Below, in pieces: positions 11,737 through 23,161 of a DNA stretch of 39,138 bases. The first letter of the stretch is position 1. Each line of letters starts with the position of its first letter. The notes beneath the pieces were generated by a model. It was not told the origin of the DNA. It ran no database searches and was given only the letters and a program-made list of their open reading frames with translations. The stretch lies in the NCBI GenBank assembly GCA_003990765.1, contig RBNJ01000151.1, positions 1-39,138 on the forward strand. The letters run 5' to 3'. The position numbers were made by a program, and so were the translations under genes. The stretch is from Jimgerdemannia flammicorona (Eukaryota).

Positions 11737-12140
11737 TGATGAGCCAAATCCTTTAGATTCTCGGATGGTGGGTAGTAGTTTAGGGACTTCCTTGACTGTC
11801 AGGGTTGACTCAATTTTTTCGAATAGGATCTGGGTGATACAGAAGCCCATAGGGATCTTGAAGGGTGTCCAACTGTGGTTTCGAATGAGGACAATGATTT
11901 CGCCTGTGTAATCTTTGTCAATAACTCCTTCTTCTACTGAGAGTCCTTTCAATGCTAGACTGCTGTGACAGCATATTCTTCCAATATGTTCTTTGGGGAT
12001 TTGGATACTGATTCCCGTGTAGACTTGTTTGACTTCTTGGTTAGAAACTGTAGCTTCTTTGGCTGTATACAGGTCATATCCAGCTGCTTTTTGACTTCCT
12101 TTGGTTGGGGCCTTAGCAGTTTGTCTTAACTTGACAATAT
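11737..12140 (-). other. dUTPase domain between the zinc knuckle and protease
   Basis: AAGYDLY, HSSLA, GVIDKDYTGEI, ITQILF and RESKGFGSS. Confidence 0.92.
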
Positions 12141-14158
12141 CTAGTATTCTGGTGGTCAGGTTGTTGAGGTAGTGAAGAGTGGTAACAGTTGCTCATGTTG
12201 CTGTTTGGGGTTTTCGGTTAGGGCAGGCACTGGCCATATATCCTGTCTTTTGGCAATAGAAATATGCTCCACTTCTTCGAAGTTCATTCCTTTTGCCTTC
12301 AGTAAGTTTCTTGAAGGTACTGGGCTAGATGGGTTCAGGATTTCTGGGTGTCCAAGAGGTGGATGTGGAGGGAGCTCGAGATGCTTCATGCTTGGGTTTT
12401 TCTTTCTTGGTCCAAGTCCTTTCCTTGTTGTTAAATTGTCTTTAGGGCAGAATTGGTCCAGCTGTTAGGATTCACTTGAGCATGGTCTTGATTCTTGCCA
12501 GGCACCATTGTTGGTGATCACAACCAACTGGGCGGCCTTGTTCTCAGATTTTTCTAGTAAGCCATTCAGGCAGGGCATCAAATAAATGGTCTGCTCTTGT
12601 ACCATTTCATGCTTCATCATTGGTAATATATCCTAGGCCAATAGTGTTCAGGAGTGACTCGAGTTTTGTACAGAAGGTTTCAAATTCTTCCTTGCCATGT
12701 ACATCAAATTTGAGGTTGCGGAGCTTTACTCGAGATTCAGCAATCATTGTTTTACTGCGATATTGAGCAATCATGAGTTGTTTGAGTCCAGGGGCTGCAG
12801 GATGTATTTCATATCCTGGGGCATTGTTTGCTGCATTCTGAGCAACTACTGCAGATCGAGTATCCCATATGAGGGGTTTTTCAGAAAGGGTTCACCACCA
12901 TTCTTCAGCAGGTCCTCAGAAGAATGTAACAACTTGGCAGACATAGGCTGTAGTAGTAGCAAAGAGTTGTTCCAGGGTGTGATCTTGATTATTTGTCAGA
13001 ACACAGTCAGCAACTCGCTCATTAGTCCATTGATTGGCTTTGAAGTTGGTGTCAACTACACTAATGAAGCTTTGGACTTCTTATACAGTGCCATTGAAGG
13101 TAGATAGGCTCAGATTTTTGGTAGGTCGGGTCTGTTCAGCTAAGGCAGTGATAGTTGCTGCCATTATAGCTACTTGGGCTGTGAGATCAAGAATCTGTTG
13201 GTTCACTATGTTGATTGCTGGAGGCAGTTGGACTGCTGGTAGTGGTGTTACTGGTACTACTTGAGGTACTGGTGCAGAGTGTGATGGGGTTCTTTGGGTC
13301 TGTGTAAGTTGCTGGAGTAGTAGTTGTAGGTCTGGAGTGAGGGCTTTATAGATAGCTGTTTGTTGCTATGTAGGTATATTCTGTCCTGATGGACATGTGT
13401 CTCCTTCAGTAGTGTATCTGGGATCGAATTCGGTGAGATACTCCTCCTCTTCTTCGGTTTGGTCCCCGTGTAATTGGGTTTGCTCAGCGTCAAAGTAGAC
13501 AGAATCAGTTGTATATCTGATTTCAGACAGACTTAATTCAAAGTCAAGTTCAGGTTCGGTATTGGTTTCAGATTCAGGTAGGGCTGTAGTAGGGCCTGCT
13601 TCAGGTTTGGGATCAGGTAGTTGATGAAGAGTTTTTCTTGCTTCTTCTTTAAGAATATGGCGGGCCTTGCTGTTCTGGAATCGGTAGTATAATGCAGTCT
13701 TGGTCCTGGTATGGTGAAAGTCAGTAGAGTTGAGCAACTTGGCTACAGAGGCTTGGGCTTTGTGAGGAACTAAGGCTAGAAAGACTGCTGCTGGTTGTCC
13801 TAGGTCGCTCAGATTTGTGGAGCTGACAAAACTCTTGTTGAGAAGAGTAAAGAAGGCTTCAATAAGACCTTCTTCATCTTGACTTGCTGGGTGTAGTGCA
13901 AGGAGTTCGGTGAATAGGGTTTTACCTATTTGCTGGTTTAACCTGAGTACTTCTTTCTTTGAATGAAGTTTGTCCCACTTGTTGCAGGTGTGGAGGTCAA
14001 ATTGTCCTTGTACGTTAGGTTCAATTCTCTCCAGATTGTCAGATGGTTCAGGATAAATTCCAGTTCAGAGGTTGGGCTTTATACCAACTTGTAGGAATTC
14101 TTGGAAGAGTTTGTAGCAGGGTGAGGAAGTGTCTTGAAGCAGAATTGGATTGTAAACT

Positions 14159-14168
14159 GCTGCTACCA
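14159..14168 (-). other. primer-binding site, probably initiator tRNA-Met
   Basis: TGGTAGCAGC, 3 nt downstream of the 5' LTR end; complementary to a ...GCUACCA tRNA 3' end. Confidence 0.7.
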
Positions 14169-14171
14169 AGT

Positions 14172-16265
14172 TGTAAGAGGGTTACTTTTTAGAGTAACCA
14201 TTACATAGTTCTAGAAGGGTTTTCTGGAAGTTCTGAGTATTCTGGAAGACTGTTTTCTTATGGTCAAGATCAATTTCATATGGAGTACGTCCTCTATGCT
14301 TATTGATTTCAAGATCAGGTTGACGTCTCAACCAAAGTCCTTTTTTGGACTAGTTCTGGATATTCAGAATTTTCCATATTTCAGGAAGTTCAAGAAACTA
14401 AGACCAGCTTAGTTGAATTGGCGTATCGCTGCAGACAATACCCAATTAGGCAATTTCGTGACAGGGTTAGGAGTAGGACCTAACAGGAAGCGGATTTACT
14501 TAAGAGTGGTTTGTGGGTTATGGAATAGGTTTATTTGCTATTCATGATATTGCTATACTAGGAGTATTTGTATGAAGGGATATTGTGGGGAGGTATTCAG
14601 GAATGTTCTTATATGTTCGAGTCTGAGATTCTGAGGTCTGGAGGAGGGGGTATTTATACTAGTGAGGGGCTATCTGGACTATGCTAGATATGGATATAGC
14701 ACTAAGTGCCTTGCTGAGTTGGAATGCAGTTACGTAGTACAAGTGTGATCTGACATATCAAGAGATCGTCTGCCTGCTGAGTCAGTTCACAGTCACATTG
14801 TACAAGGCTAATCTAACTATATTATGACTGCTAGGCTATTAATGGGTTTTAGGCACTGTCTGGGTAATCTTCGATAACATCACCATCGATTGCATCATCT
14901 CTGATGAAGTAGTCATCTAGGAATAATGGTTTATGGATTACTTCTCCTTGTTTGCTAAGATAATAATACATTGGAACTTCGTCTCCGTCCCACAGAATAG
15001 CATTGTCTGTCTCGTATGCTGGATAAGGTGTTGGTGGGTAAAAGATGGGTGTATTGTCTTCACTTTCATCAGATTCACTGTCTGCATACTTTCTGTAGGT
15101 TATAGCACTATGAGTCACAGGGTTATAGTAAGCTGGTGGCTGTGGTTCATGTCGCTCATACTCAGGTGGTGGAGTGGTTGGTTCGATCTCGAGGATTGTC
15201 TGGAGGTACAGATTGTGTTCTTCAGTCTCTTCATTGTAGTTGAAGTAATCGGGAGTGAATGTAGGTTGGTATTCGTGCCAGTGGTCATTGTCCCAATAAG
15301 TCTCATATGCTGTTATGAACTTTTGTAAGTTCATTGGCAAGGTTGGCGGAGTGATCAGGGTTGATAGAGATCCTTGGCTAGAGGTCATGTTAGCATCAGA
15401 GGGATCATTGTCTTCTGCTTCATCTTCATCGAAGTGGATTATATTGTAGATATCCTTCATGGCATATCCAACTTGGGGCATTTGCAGGATATGATCATTG
15501 GGGTGTGGGAAGGTTCTGTCTGTGGTTTCGACATACTTGAGGTACTTGTGATTGAGTTCTTGTATCATGTCATCGATTTGGCCATAGGACAGGGTAGTAA
15601 CCATTTCGCTGATAGTAACTCGGAGACAGGGAATAATGGTACTGTACTCATAGAAGAGTTCTCGATGTTTGCGGGTGATGAGCTTCTGGTGTTGAGACAT
15701 CTAGGTAATGTCTGTATCGTGGTGGTAATTGACCATGTCTTCCAGGAGGCGGCCGATCTGGTAATAGCTTGAGATTTGTCTGATTCAGTGGGCCTCGCTA
15801 AGCATGTTCAGGGCGTTCCATCGGGCTTTCACAAAGTAGAGGGGTGCCAGACTATGGATATTCATGAGGGGCAGAGGGGGTATGGCTCAGTTGACAATGG
15901 CATTCTAAATGTTAGCGCGGATATGATTGTAGATCTCAGTGGTCATGTTTGTGTATTTGGAAGTTGTATTTGTTGTTTGTTTTGGTTCTCTGATTCGACA
16001 CATCTCGATACTCAGTATATATGCATTTGGTCCTGATTGGTAAGATTCCGTTTATATAATTCTTGTGTTCTGTGACTTTGTATTGACTCAGCTTTGTGTG
16101 CTGTGACTTTGGTTTGACTCAGCTTTGTGTGCTGTAACTTTGGTTTGACTCAGCTTCATGATCAAGCAGGTAATTTCCAGTTTTGTTCAGAGGTTGCATG
16201 TGATTTCAGTGGCTTATTCAGAGGGTGACGTATAATTTCAGTGGTCTGGAGGTTGTATACTTACA
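14172..16265 (-). repeat. 5' LTR of element 2 (2094 bp)
   Basis: Direct repeat of 5887-7937 with one extra 31-bp unit; followed by the PBS. Confidence 0.95.
14849..15946 (-). pseudogene. second copy of the LTR-encoded ~365-aa ORF (two premature TAG codons)
   Basis: 1098 nt = 366 codons from ATG 15946; TAG at 15907-15905 (TGG in the other LTR) and 15703-15701 (CAG in the other LTR). Confidence 0.8.
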
Positions 16266-16270
16266 GTTAG

Positions 16271-17640
16271 AGTGATTATCTTTTTTACTTATATTAATTT
16301 TAGCATGAGTTTTCCAGATGAGGAGGTATACTAGTAGATTGTACCACTACTGAGCAGCTGTATCTATAAAGTGTATAGTGACTTTTTCTATTTATAAGTC
16401 TATAGTTGTATAGAGATCTTTAATCTTATAATACTCATTATTATTAAGAGTACTATCTGAGTTCTGATTGTTATTTTAATCATTGATATAATAATTGATA
16501 TCAACTTGTTTTATAAATATTATTACTTAGTTTGCTTTACCTTTGAATAAAATAAGACAGAGGTCTTTTGTGAGTTTGTTTATTTCAATACTAAGATAAA
16601 GGACTTGAGTGAGTATAGCTATTTAGTTATATAATTAATACTGCTATCTTGTTATCTACTAATATTATTTTTCTATCTTTATTATCTATTTAGTAAGATA
16701 GTTGAGATTTTTCCTCTATTATTATAGTATATTGATTATAATTTAAGATTAATTCTTCTATAATATTACTAAGATAAGTGAGCTTATAAACTAGTAGTCT
16801 TAATAGAGTGGCTATTGGATCTGCTGCAATTTTTTGTAGACTTAATATTCTTAGTAGTAGTTCTATAATAGTACTAGAGTCATCAATATTGAGTTCAGAT
16901 ATTTTTTCAATTATTCTCCTAGGTTTAGATAATATAGTAGAGGCTTTACTAGATCTAGTAGCTTGTAGTTTCTATTACTGGATTATTCTTACTTATATAT
17001 AGAGAATTTAGTAATAGAAGTGAGATTTTTTTTTTTATAGATATAATATCTCTTATAGTTCAGAAAGGCCTTAACTTTGTAGTAGTAATCATTAAGGAGA
17101 AGATTTAGAAAATATTTACTTATAGTCTCAATAGATTCTCATATTCATTTTTTTTATAGAAGTAACTACTAATTAGCTTATTGAATTTTTTCTTAAATTT
17201 AAAAGTATAGAGAACTTTCTTATTGAATATGAGAAAAGTATTGAATACTTCTTATATTATTTCATTATCGAGTTTATCAAACTTCTCTTAGCTGATGTAA
17301 GTTTCAGTCTACTTGGTAATAATTTTATTAGATTCTTTAGCTTGAGTCTGAGGAGTATCCAGAGTGATGATATTTCTTAACTATCACTAACAATATTAGT
17401 AATATTGACTAATTCTGATTGTCTATAGTAGATTCTTGAAGAAAGATTACTTATGAGTAGAGAGTAACTTCTGCTAATACTAAATTATAATAAAACTATA
17501 TACTGATAGAATTAATATATTGCAGAGAGTCAAAGATAATTTTTGGTCTTACATTTTGAGTTCTTGAGAAAGTACTGAGTTTTAATTATCTATTATAACA
17601 GAGTTTAGATATTGTTTTCAGGTTCTAGTATTAGTGGTAA
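16271..17640 (-). mobile_element. ancient AT-shifted retroelement relic (gag-like) that element 2 inserted into; continues at 5580-5881
   Basis: Very AT/TpA-rich and nearly CpG-free; residual HFIDTAAQ*WYNL...IW resembles the Gag segment GPAEEWW...IW of element 2. Confidence 0.45.
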
Positions 17641-17934
17641 TACATACCATACTTATATCTTAAGTTAATTAGGCTTAGAATAATTAACAAGTTAGTTATG
17701 AGGATTCTATAATAAAAATACTTGTTTTATTTTTAAATTTAGAGAAAGTGGAGCTAAGGTTATAATATACTCAATACAAAGAGTATTTATATATATTTAA
17801 AAACTATAACTAAATATAATATACTGGATATATATATATATAGTTATACTACTTTAGATAACTATGACTACTAGTCAGAAATTCTGTAGGAATTTCTATG
17901 GAAATTTCTGTCAGAATTTCCATCAGAATTTTCA

Positions 17935-18340
17935 GAGACTTGTAGATATATGTGATAATTCATTATATATACTATCTAAGAAAAACTAATGCTAATTCAG
18001 ATATACTTTTATAAATACTCTGAAGGATATATATTCAGAATATAAATAAGAAGCTTTACTATAGAATTATTACTTATTTGAGACAATATAAGATATATAC
18101 TCTAATATCTGAAAAAATATATCTAATAATTATTAATAGAATCTGAGAACAATTCAAACCTGATAAAGAGATACTTAAGAAAGAAAAACTACTAGTTATA
18201 TCAGAATACAAGAAAGAGTAAGTAATGAAGTCAGTATATAAGCTCAGCTATTTAGGAGAAATAAATATCTAATAAGACTAAAAGAACAATATAATGGTCT
18301 GGAATAAAGAAAGATATCAGAAGATTTGTTAGGATCTATT
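17935..18340 (+). mobile_element. hypermutated relic of an element-1-like RNase H/integrase junction
   Basis: Aligns by eye with ~3310-3710 (e.g. aagctttactatagaattattacttat vs gagctctactatagaattatcacatac); differences are mostly G>A and C>T. Confidence 0.8.
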
Positions 18341-18837
18341 GAGATGGTAACTTGATATATCAGTATATGATTTTATACTATTCTATCAGTTTTACATCAT
18401 TCATTAAGTAATGAGTAAAATACATAACCTATACAAGTTCAATAAAGTACCTCCTTACTATAAAGATTATGAGCCCTGCTAGCACTGAGCAGCTATAACA
18501 CCTATTCTGATCAGGATGTGCGATAGGAAAGCTAATAATGGTATTTTATGTTCACCACTTCCTGACTTGGTTTGCAGAATCTAACAGGCCTTCGTCTTTA
18601 AGTTGGCATTCTCAAAAATTACCTCCGATTACTCATGCTGTAATCAGGCCTTTTCTCCGATCAACTTACGTTCGTTCCGCTCATCACCATCTTCAGTGTG
18701 CCCCGTACATGCTCCATTTTTCTAGATCCAGATACAGTGGCACGGTCCACAATGCCAAAAAGGTGGAGGAATGTTTAGCAGTGAAATAGCGCGAGTGGCC
18801 TGGCAAGTCCGTGGAAAATGGCGAGGGGGATGATGGA

Positions 18838-19200
18838 CTAGACGGTTTTCTGTATTACAGAGGTGTATTGGTAAACGAAATCCAAGGAATTTGGCAATGT
18901 TACAACTGCGTCGAGAACATGAGACAAGACAGGATTCTGAGGATAAATCATTAAGTATATACTCTTCCAACATATTCCTGCAGGCATTCCAAAATGGTCC
19001 GAACAGGATGGAGTCGCCATTTTCTTCATTTCCCTTTGAATGCGACGAATGTATTGATTCGTGACAAGCGAGGCGCCGATTGGATGAAAAAAATTCTCAA
19101 GCATCACAGGTTTGACTTTAATAGCAGGTAGGAAATCGTCGTAGCGCGAATACATTGTATCGAGTTGGATACTGAGCGAGGGTGAGACATATGAGCCCAT
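18838..19200 (-). CDS. hypothetical protein fragment
   Basis: 120-aa ATG-initiated ORF in CpG-retaining DNA; no family recognised. Confidence 0.25.
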   Translation of the reverse strand: MGSYVSPSLSIQLDTMYSRYDDFLPAIKVKPVMLENFFHPIGASLVTNQYIRRIQREMKKMATPSCSDHFGMPAGICWKSIYLMIYPQNPVLSHVLDAVVTLPNSLDFVYQYTSVIQKTV

Positions 19201-20441
19201 CGTAAGGCTGATATCATTTTAGGATATAATCGGTTTAAGGCGTACAGTTGGCTATGCGTTCGGTGCACCTTGTCAATGACTCCAGCGTTAGTATTTAAAT
19301 TTCAATCAGCTAACTGCCTTAAGTTTTTACTTTCTTTCTGATAACTGATCGCAGCACCTTGGTGCCTTGGTCATTGATTATGTCCCACTCTTTCAGGCTT
19401 GTATTCATTTCCTTACAAGAGCCAACATACTCACCAGTCTTCAAACTCGCGTAAGACTTTGTGCGCTGCCAGCGCTAAACTTTACTCTTTTTAGGCAAGG
19501 ACGAACCTTCTGAAATTAAAATCCACCGTTTGATGTCTGCAATTGGACACGTTATAATCTCAACTATGTCCAAGGCCTCTCAAATATGTATAATTTTTCG
19601 TCAAGCGTGCGCGTGTGATAATGTGAAAGTCGTCGGGTGATAATAAACTCCCTGATAGTCGACTTGTCTGCAACTCCCTCACTTAGGACAAACAGAAACA
19701 ACGTCGGCATAATTGCCATTCGCTTGCGCCAACACATCACTAAATCTCTGAGGCAAGTGCCTGCATAGAACCCTCACTTTCTCGCATCCTTTCGAATATC
19801 TGAAATGTTTCAGAACCCATCACGCCACTCCCATTTATGTACCGAACGCATTAACAGATAAAATGTTATCGGTGACTGTCAATCACAATTTCATAATCTG
19901 AGCTGCACAGAGATACGAAGAAACGGCGATAGGAACCAAGGCGTAAAAAAACAACGTTCGCTAGCACGCGGGACGGAGGAAGATAACACAAAATGACAAC
20001 CCGTCATCATAAGGGAGGATTACACAAACTTTCACAACTCCGACTCAGGCAGAAAGCCACCCCAAAAACGAGATAACGGTCCACTCCGGGACGAGGGCGG
20101 TGCAAGAGAAGGGACCCAATTTTCTCACGCTAAAATTCGAAGCCGTGCAGCGGAATGGCATAGGTGGACGGTCATCTGATTGAGATGATCGTTGATTGGC
20201 TGGTGCTCGGGGAGTGGGTGCAGTGAGTGCGGGTACAGTGGGTGCGGCGGTTCGGCTGGGTCGGAAAGGGTGATACGAGAAAGGCACGAGCAGAAATTTA
20301 AATAACAATAAGGAGGGCCACTAGAAGAACAAAGCCACAAAACAAAGACAGAAATCAAAGACAAGTCAAGCGTCCTTCAAAACAAACCCCAACCTCCAAA
20401 AAACCCAACCTCCAAAAAACCAACCTCAGCCTCATCTCGCC

Positions 20442-21544
20442 ATGGCCCCGCAAGAAATCCAACACCACGACCAATTCGACACACCAGCGCCGGCATCGCT
20501 ATCGGAGCTCGTGTCCGCGCTCAAAGAAGAGCTGGGTTCTGATGGCGGGCTCGACTCAGACCACGTCGACGTGAACCGGGTACTGTCCGTGATGGAGGCA
20601 TACAAGTCCAACGCCACGGACTGGCATAAGTATGCGCTGTTCGATCGTTCGAGGGCGTATACGAGGAACTTGGTCGACGACGGCAACGGCAAGGTAGGCT
20701 GAGTACTGATGAGCTGGAATCGGTGGGGAAGATCGTGTCGAATGGGTGCAACTGAATGGTTGTCGAGGTGGTGTACGTTAAGCTGAGCCAAAAATGAGTC
20801 TCCTCCAGTGGCTAACAAACTTGACCCATTCCATCGTCGCAGTTCAACCTCATCGTCCTAGCGTGGACAGAAGGCCAAGGTAGCCCTATTCACGACCATG
20901 CGGGGTCGCACTGTATCATGAAAGTACTGGACGGCGAGCTCAGCGAGACTATCTACGAGTGGCCCGAAACGGCCACGGAGGCCGGTGCCAAAGTCGTTGA
21001 GGACATCACCTCGAACCCTACCCCTATGAAAGGTGACGATCACCATGGCGAGCATGCGGGCCACTTGATGAACATCAAGCGGAGCACGACGTTGGGCACC
21101 GACGGCGTCACGTACATCCACGGTAAGGTTATCAACCAGCTGGAGAGAGGTCATTGTCGTATGTGCTGTAGAGTCTGAGGGGTTTGCTAATTTCGTGAGG
21201 TCTTCTATTTTCGGCATCCAGACAAGATCGGCCTCCACCGCATTGCCAACCCGTCGAGCTTCAAAGGCGCCGTCTCGCTTCATCTCTACACGCCCCCTTA
21301 CGACATGTGCAAGACGTTCAACGAGTCAACAGGCACGGCGCGATCGTCTGGTCGATGCGTCTTCTACTCAAAGGGCGGGTATCGTGTCGAGTCCTGCCCA
21401 AGCGTCACGCCCAAGCCAATCGCCATGTCCCTCGCCAGTAGCAGCATCGTTTCAGAATCACCATGCGGTGGCGGCAAGATTTCGTCGTTCGTCTCCAAGG
21501 AATGTGGTGCGCAGTATACTGGTGCTGAAGTTTGTACGGCGTGA
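20442..21544 (+). CDS. CDO1: cysteine dioxygenase (exons 20442-20693, 20843-21122, 21222-21544)
   Basis: YTRNLVDDGNGKFNL, SPIHDHAGSHCIMK, GLHRI and VSLHLYTPP; GT-AG introns preserve the frame. Confidence 0.95.
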
Positions 21545-21912
21545 GATGGCATCGGGTTTTTTTTGTGGGCTTTTATCCCAGCAAGGCCGCCGATCTAAGG
21601 GTAGGTGTACGCAATCAGAGGAGAAGGAAATGGTGAAATTTCCCGTGATCGTGCAGGTTGCTCCTGATTGGGTCCCGAAAATTTGTCACCCAGTGAACTC
21701 AAAAATATTTGTGATCATTTTAGTCGATATAAGACATTAATTAGTGCTTTTTTGGGGGGGGGAGTATATACAAAATATGTGTATGCTGTATGCGGATATT
21801 ATACGAATTATTCTATAGCGTGAGCGGACACTAATATCTGACCTTTTGAGCGGTTTCCTAAATGTCGACAACCAAGAGTGATATGTTGATGGCTATTATT
21901 TTCAATGTATAA

Positions 21913-22845
21913 CTACCATAATACTAAGTACACCCATTCCAGCATTACAATCAGCAATCCCAAAGAATCTTCACTCAAACGAACCCCATCTACTCCCCAA
22001 TGGTCAACATCCTCCTTTCCAAATGACATTAATCCATCGAGGAACACATCCATGGTAACGCCCACATCCTCATTGACGAGCACAAAAGTGACGCCCATAC
22101 GTGTGACCTCGGAGGTGCGCAACTCGTCGTCGAAGAAGATCATATCGGCATAGTCGATGTCTGTCTTCTCGGCGAGGGTGCGGAAATGGGCGCGCTTCGA
22201 ACTCGGGTAAATCTCGGCGTGCGCGATGGCGTCAGCGAAGGTCGTTAGGATCGGGTGGTCGGGTGTCGGCGGGAGGCGAAGGAGGGAGAAGACCTGCTTG
22301 GCCCTGGGGAAGGAGTTGGTTATTTGGTGGTCGCTGTCCCAATGCTTGAATCTATCAATCGATGCATTTAAGGCACTCACCAGTCGGGAGTATTGGTTCG
22401 CGATGCGACGCCAAACAGTGTATTGGGAAATTATCGAGTCATGTTAAAGATGTTGACGATGTCTACGAATGGGTTGATCTTGTTCCCGTTTCTGGAGATG
22501 TAGTGATGATATGAGTGTAAAAAGACAATGATCATGTAGCAATGCCAGTGCGTGTAAGGAGGAAAGCCAACGCACCGATCCAACACCAAGTTATCTTTTT
22601 CGTTGTATTTGAACGGAGGACCTGGAACAGAGTTAAGGATTAACATCCAGTCTCCATATTTGAATGGTGCTAACATGTACTGTAGATATGGGTATCAATC
22701 CTAGAGCCGGTTTGATGGAAGGGGGTTATTCGTCTTGGTAAGCAAAGGAGACGGCAGGCGAGACTGAAAATGACATACCACAATGGCCATATTGTGTAGT
22801 CCAGATCAAAGACGCGGGCAGAGCGTGTTGATCCCAGGTCGACAT
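21913..22845 (-). pseudogene. MDP1: magnesium-dependent phosphatase 1 (HAD family), with a frameshift and a nonsense codon
   Basis: VFDLDYTIWPLWIDTH, SPPFK, ASRT, IYPSSKRAHF and MIFFDDE over 5 exons. ATG 22845 is out of frame with DLDYT; in-frame TAA at 22433-22431. Confidence 0.85.
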
Positions 22846-23161
22846 GAGGGTGTGATCAGCTTGCGTAGAAAATTGGAGTTTGGTGATGTCGATGTGTTTG
22901 ATGCACTCGTCTTTCGATCGCTCGCGGTGTTCAATTCTCTCCGACAAATAGTTTATTCATTAGTCTATCTCGCTGCACGTCTTACGCTTATGCAAACCAC
23001 AAAAAATCTAATGCTATTCTTAATTCAAACGTCCAATCTACCTCTACGTTCGCTTCAGCTCGAACCCCTCATATCTACCCTATCATCCATTCTCCCCCAA
23101 CACCTGGTACGTTTCTCATATTTCTTACCCACGCTCGGAGAACGGTGCGACTACCCCTCCA

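Larger units (their letters stand above)
8050..14340 (-). pseudogene. gag-pol of element 2 (long Gag, NC, dUTPase, Cys/His module, PR, RT, RH, IN, chromodomain), disrupted
   Basis: Degenerate knuckle YFYCQKTGYMASAC (~12260-12220), [42 protein letters not shown] and YPETDGQTERMN. Many stops and one frameshift near 11070. Confidence 0.92.
5887..16265 (-). mobile_element. full-length chromovirus (Ty3/Gypsy), element 2, with ~2.1-kb LTRs and dUTPase
   Basis: Two direct repeats, 5-bp TSD GTTAG (5882-5886 and 16266-16270), TGTAAG/CTTACA termini, PBS, PPT, and a pol ending in a chromodomain. Confidence 0.97.
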
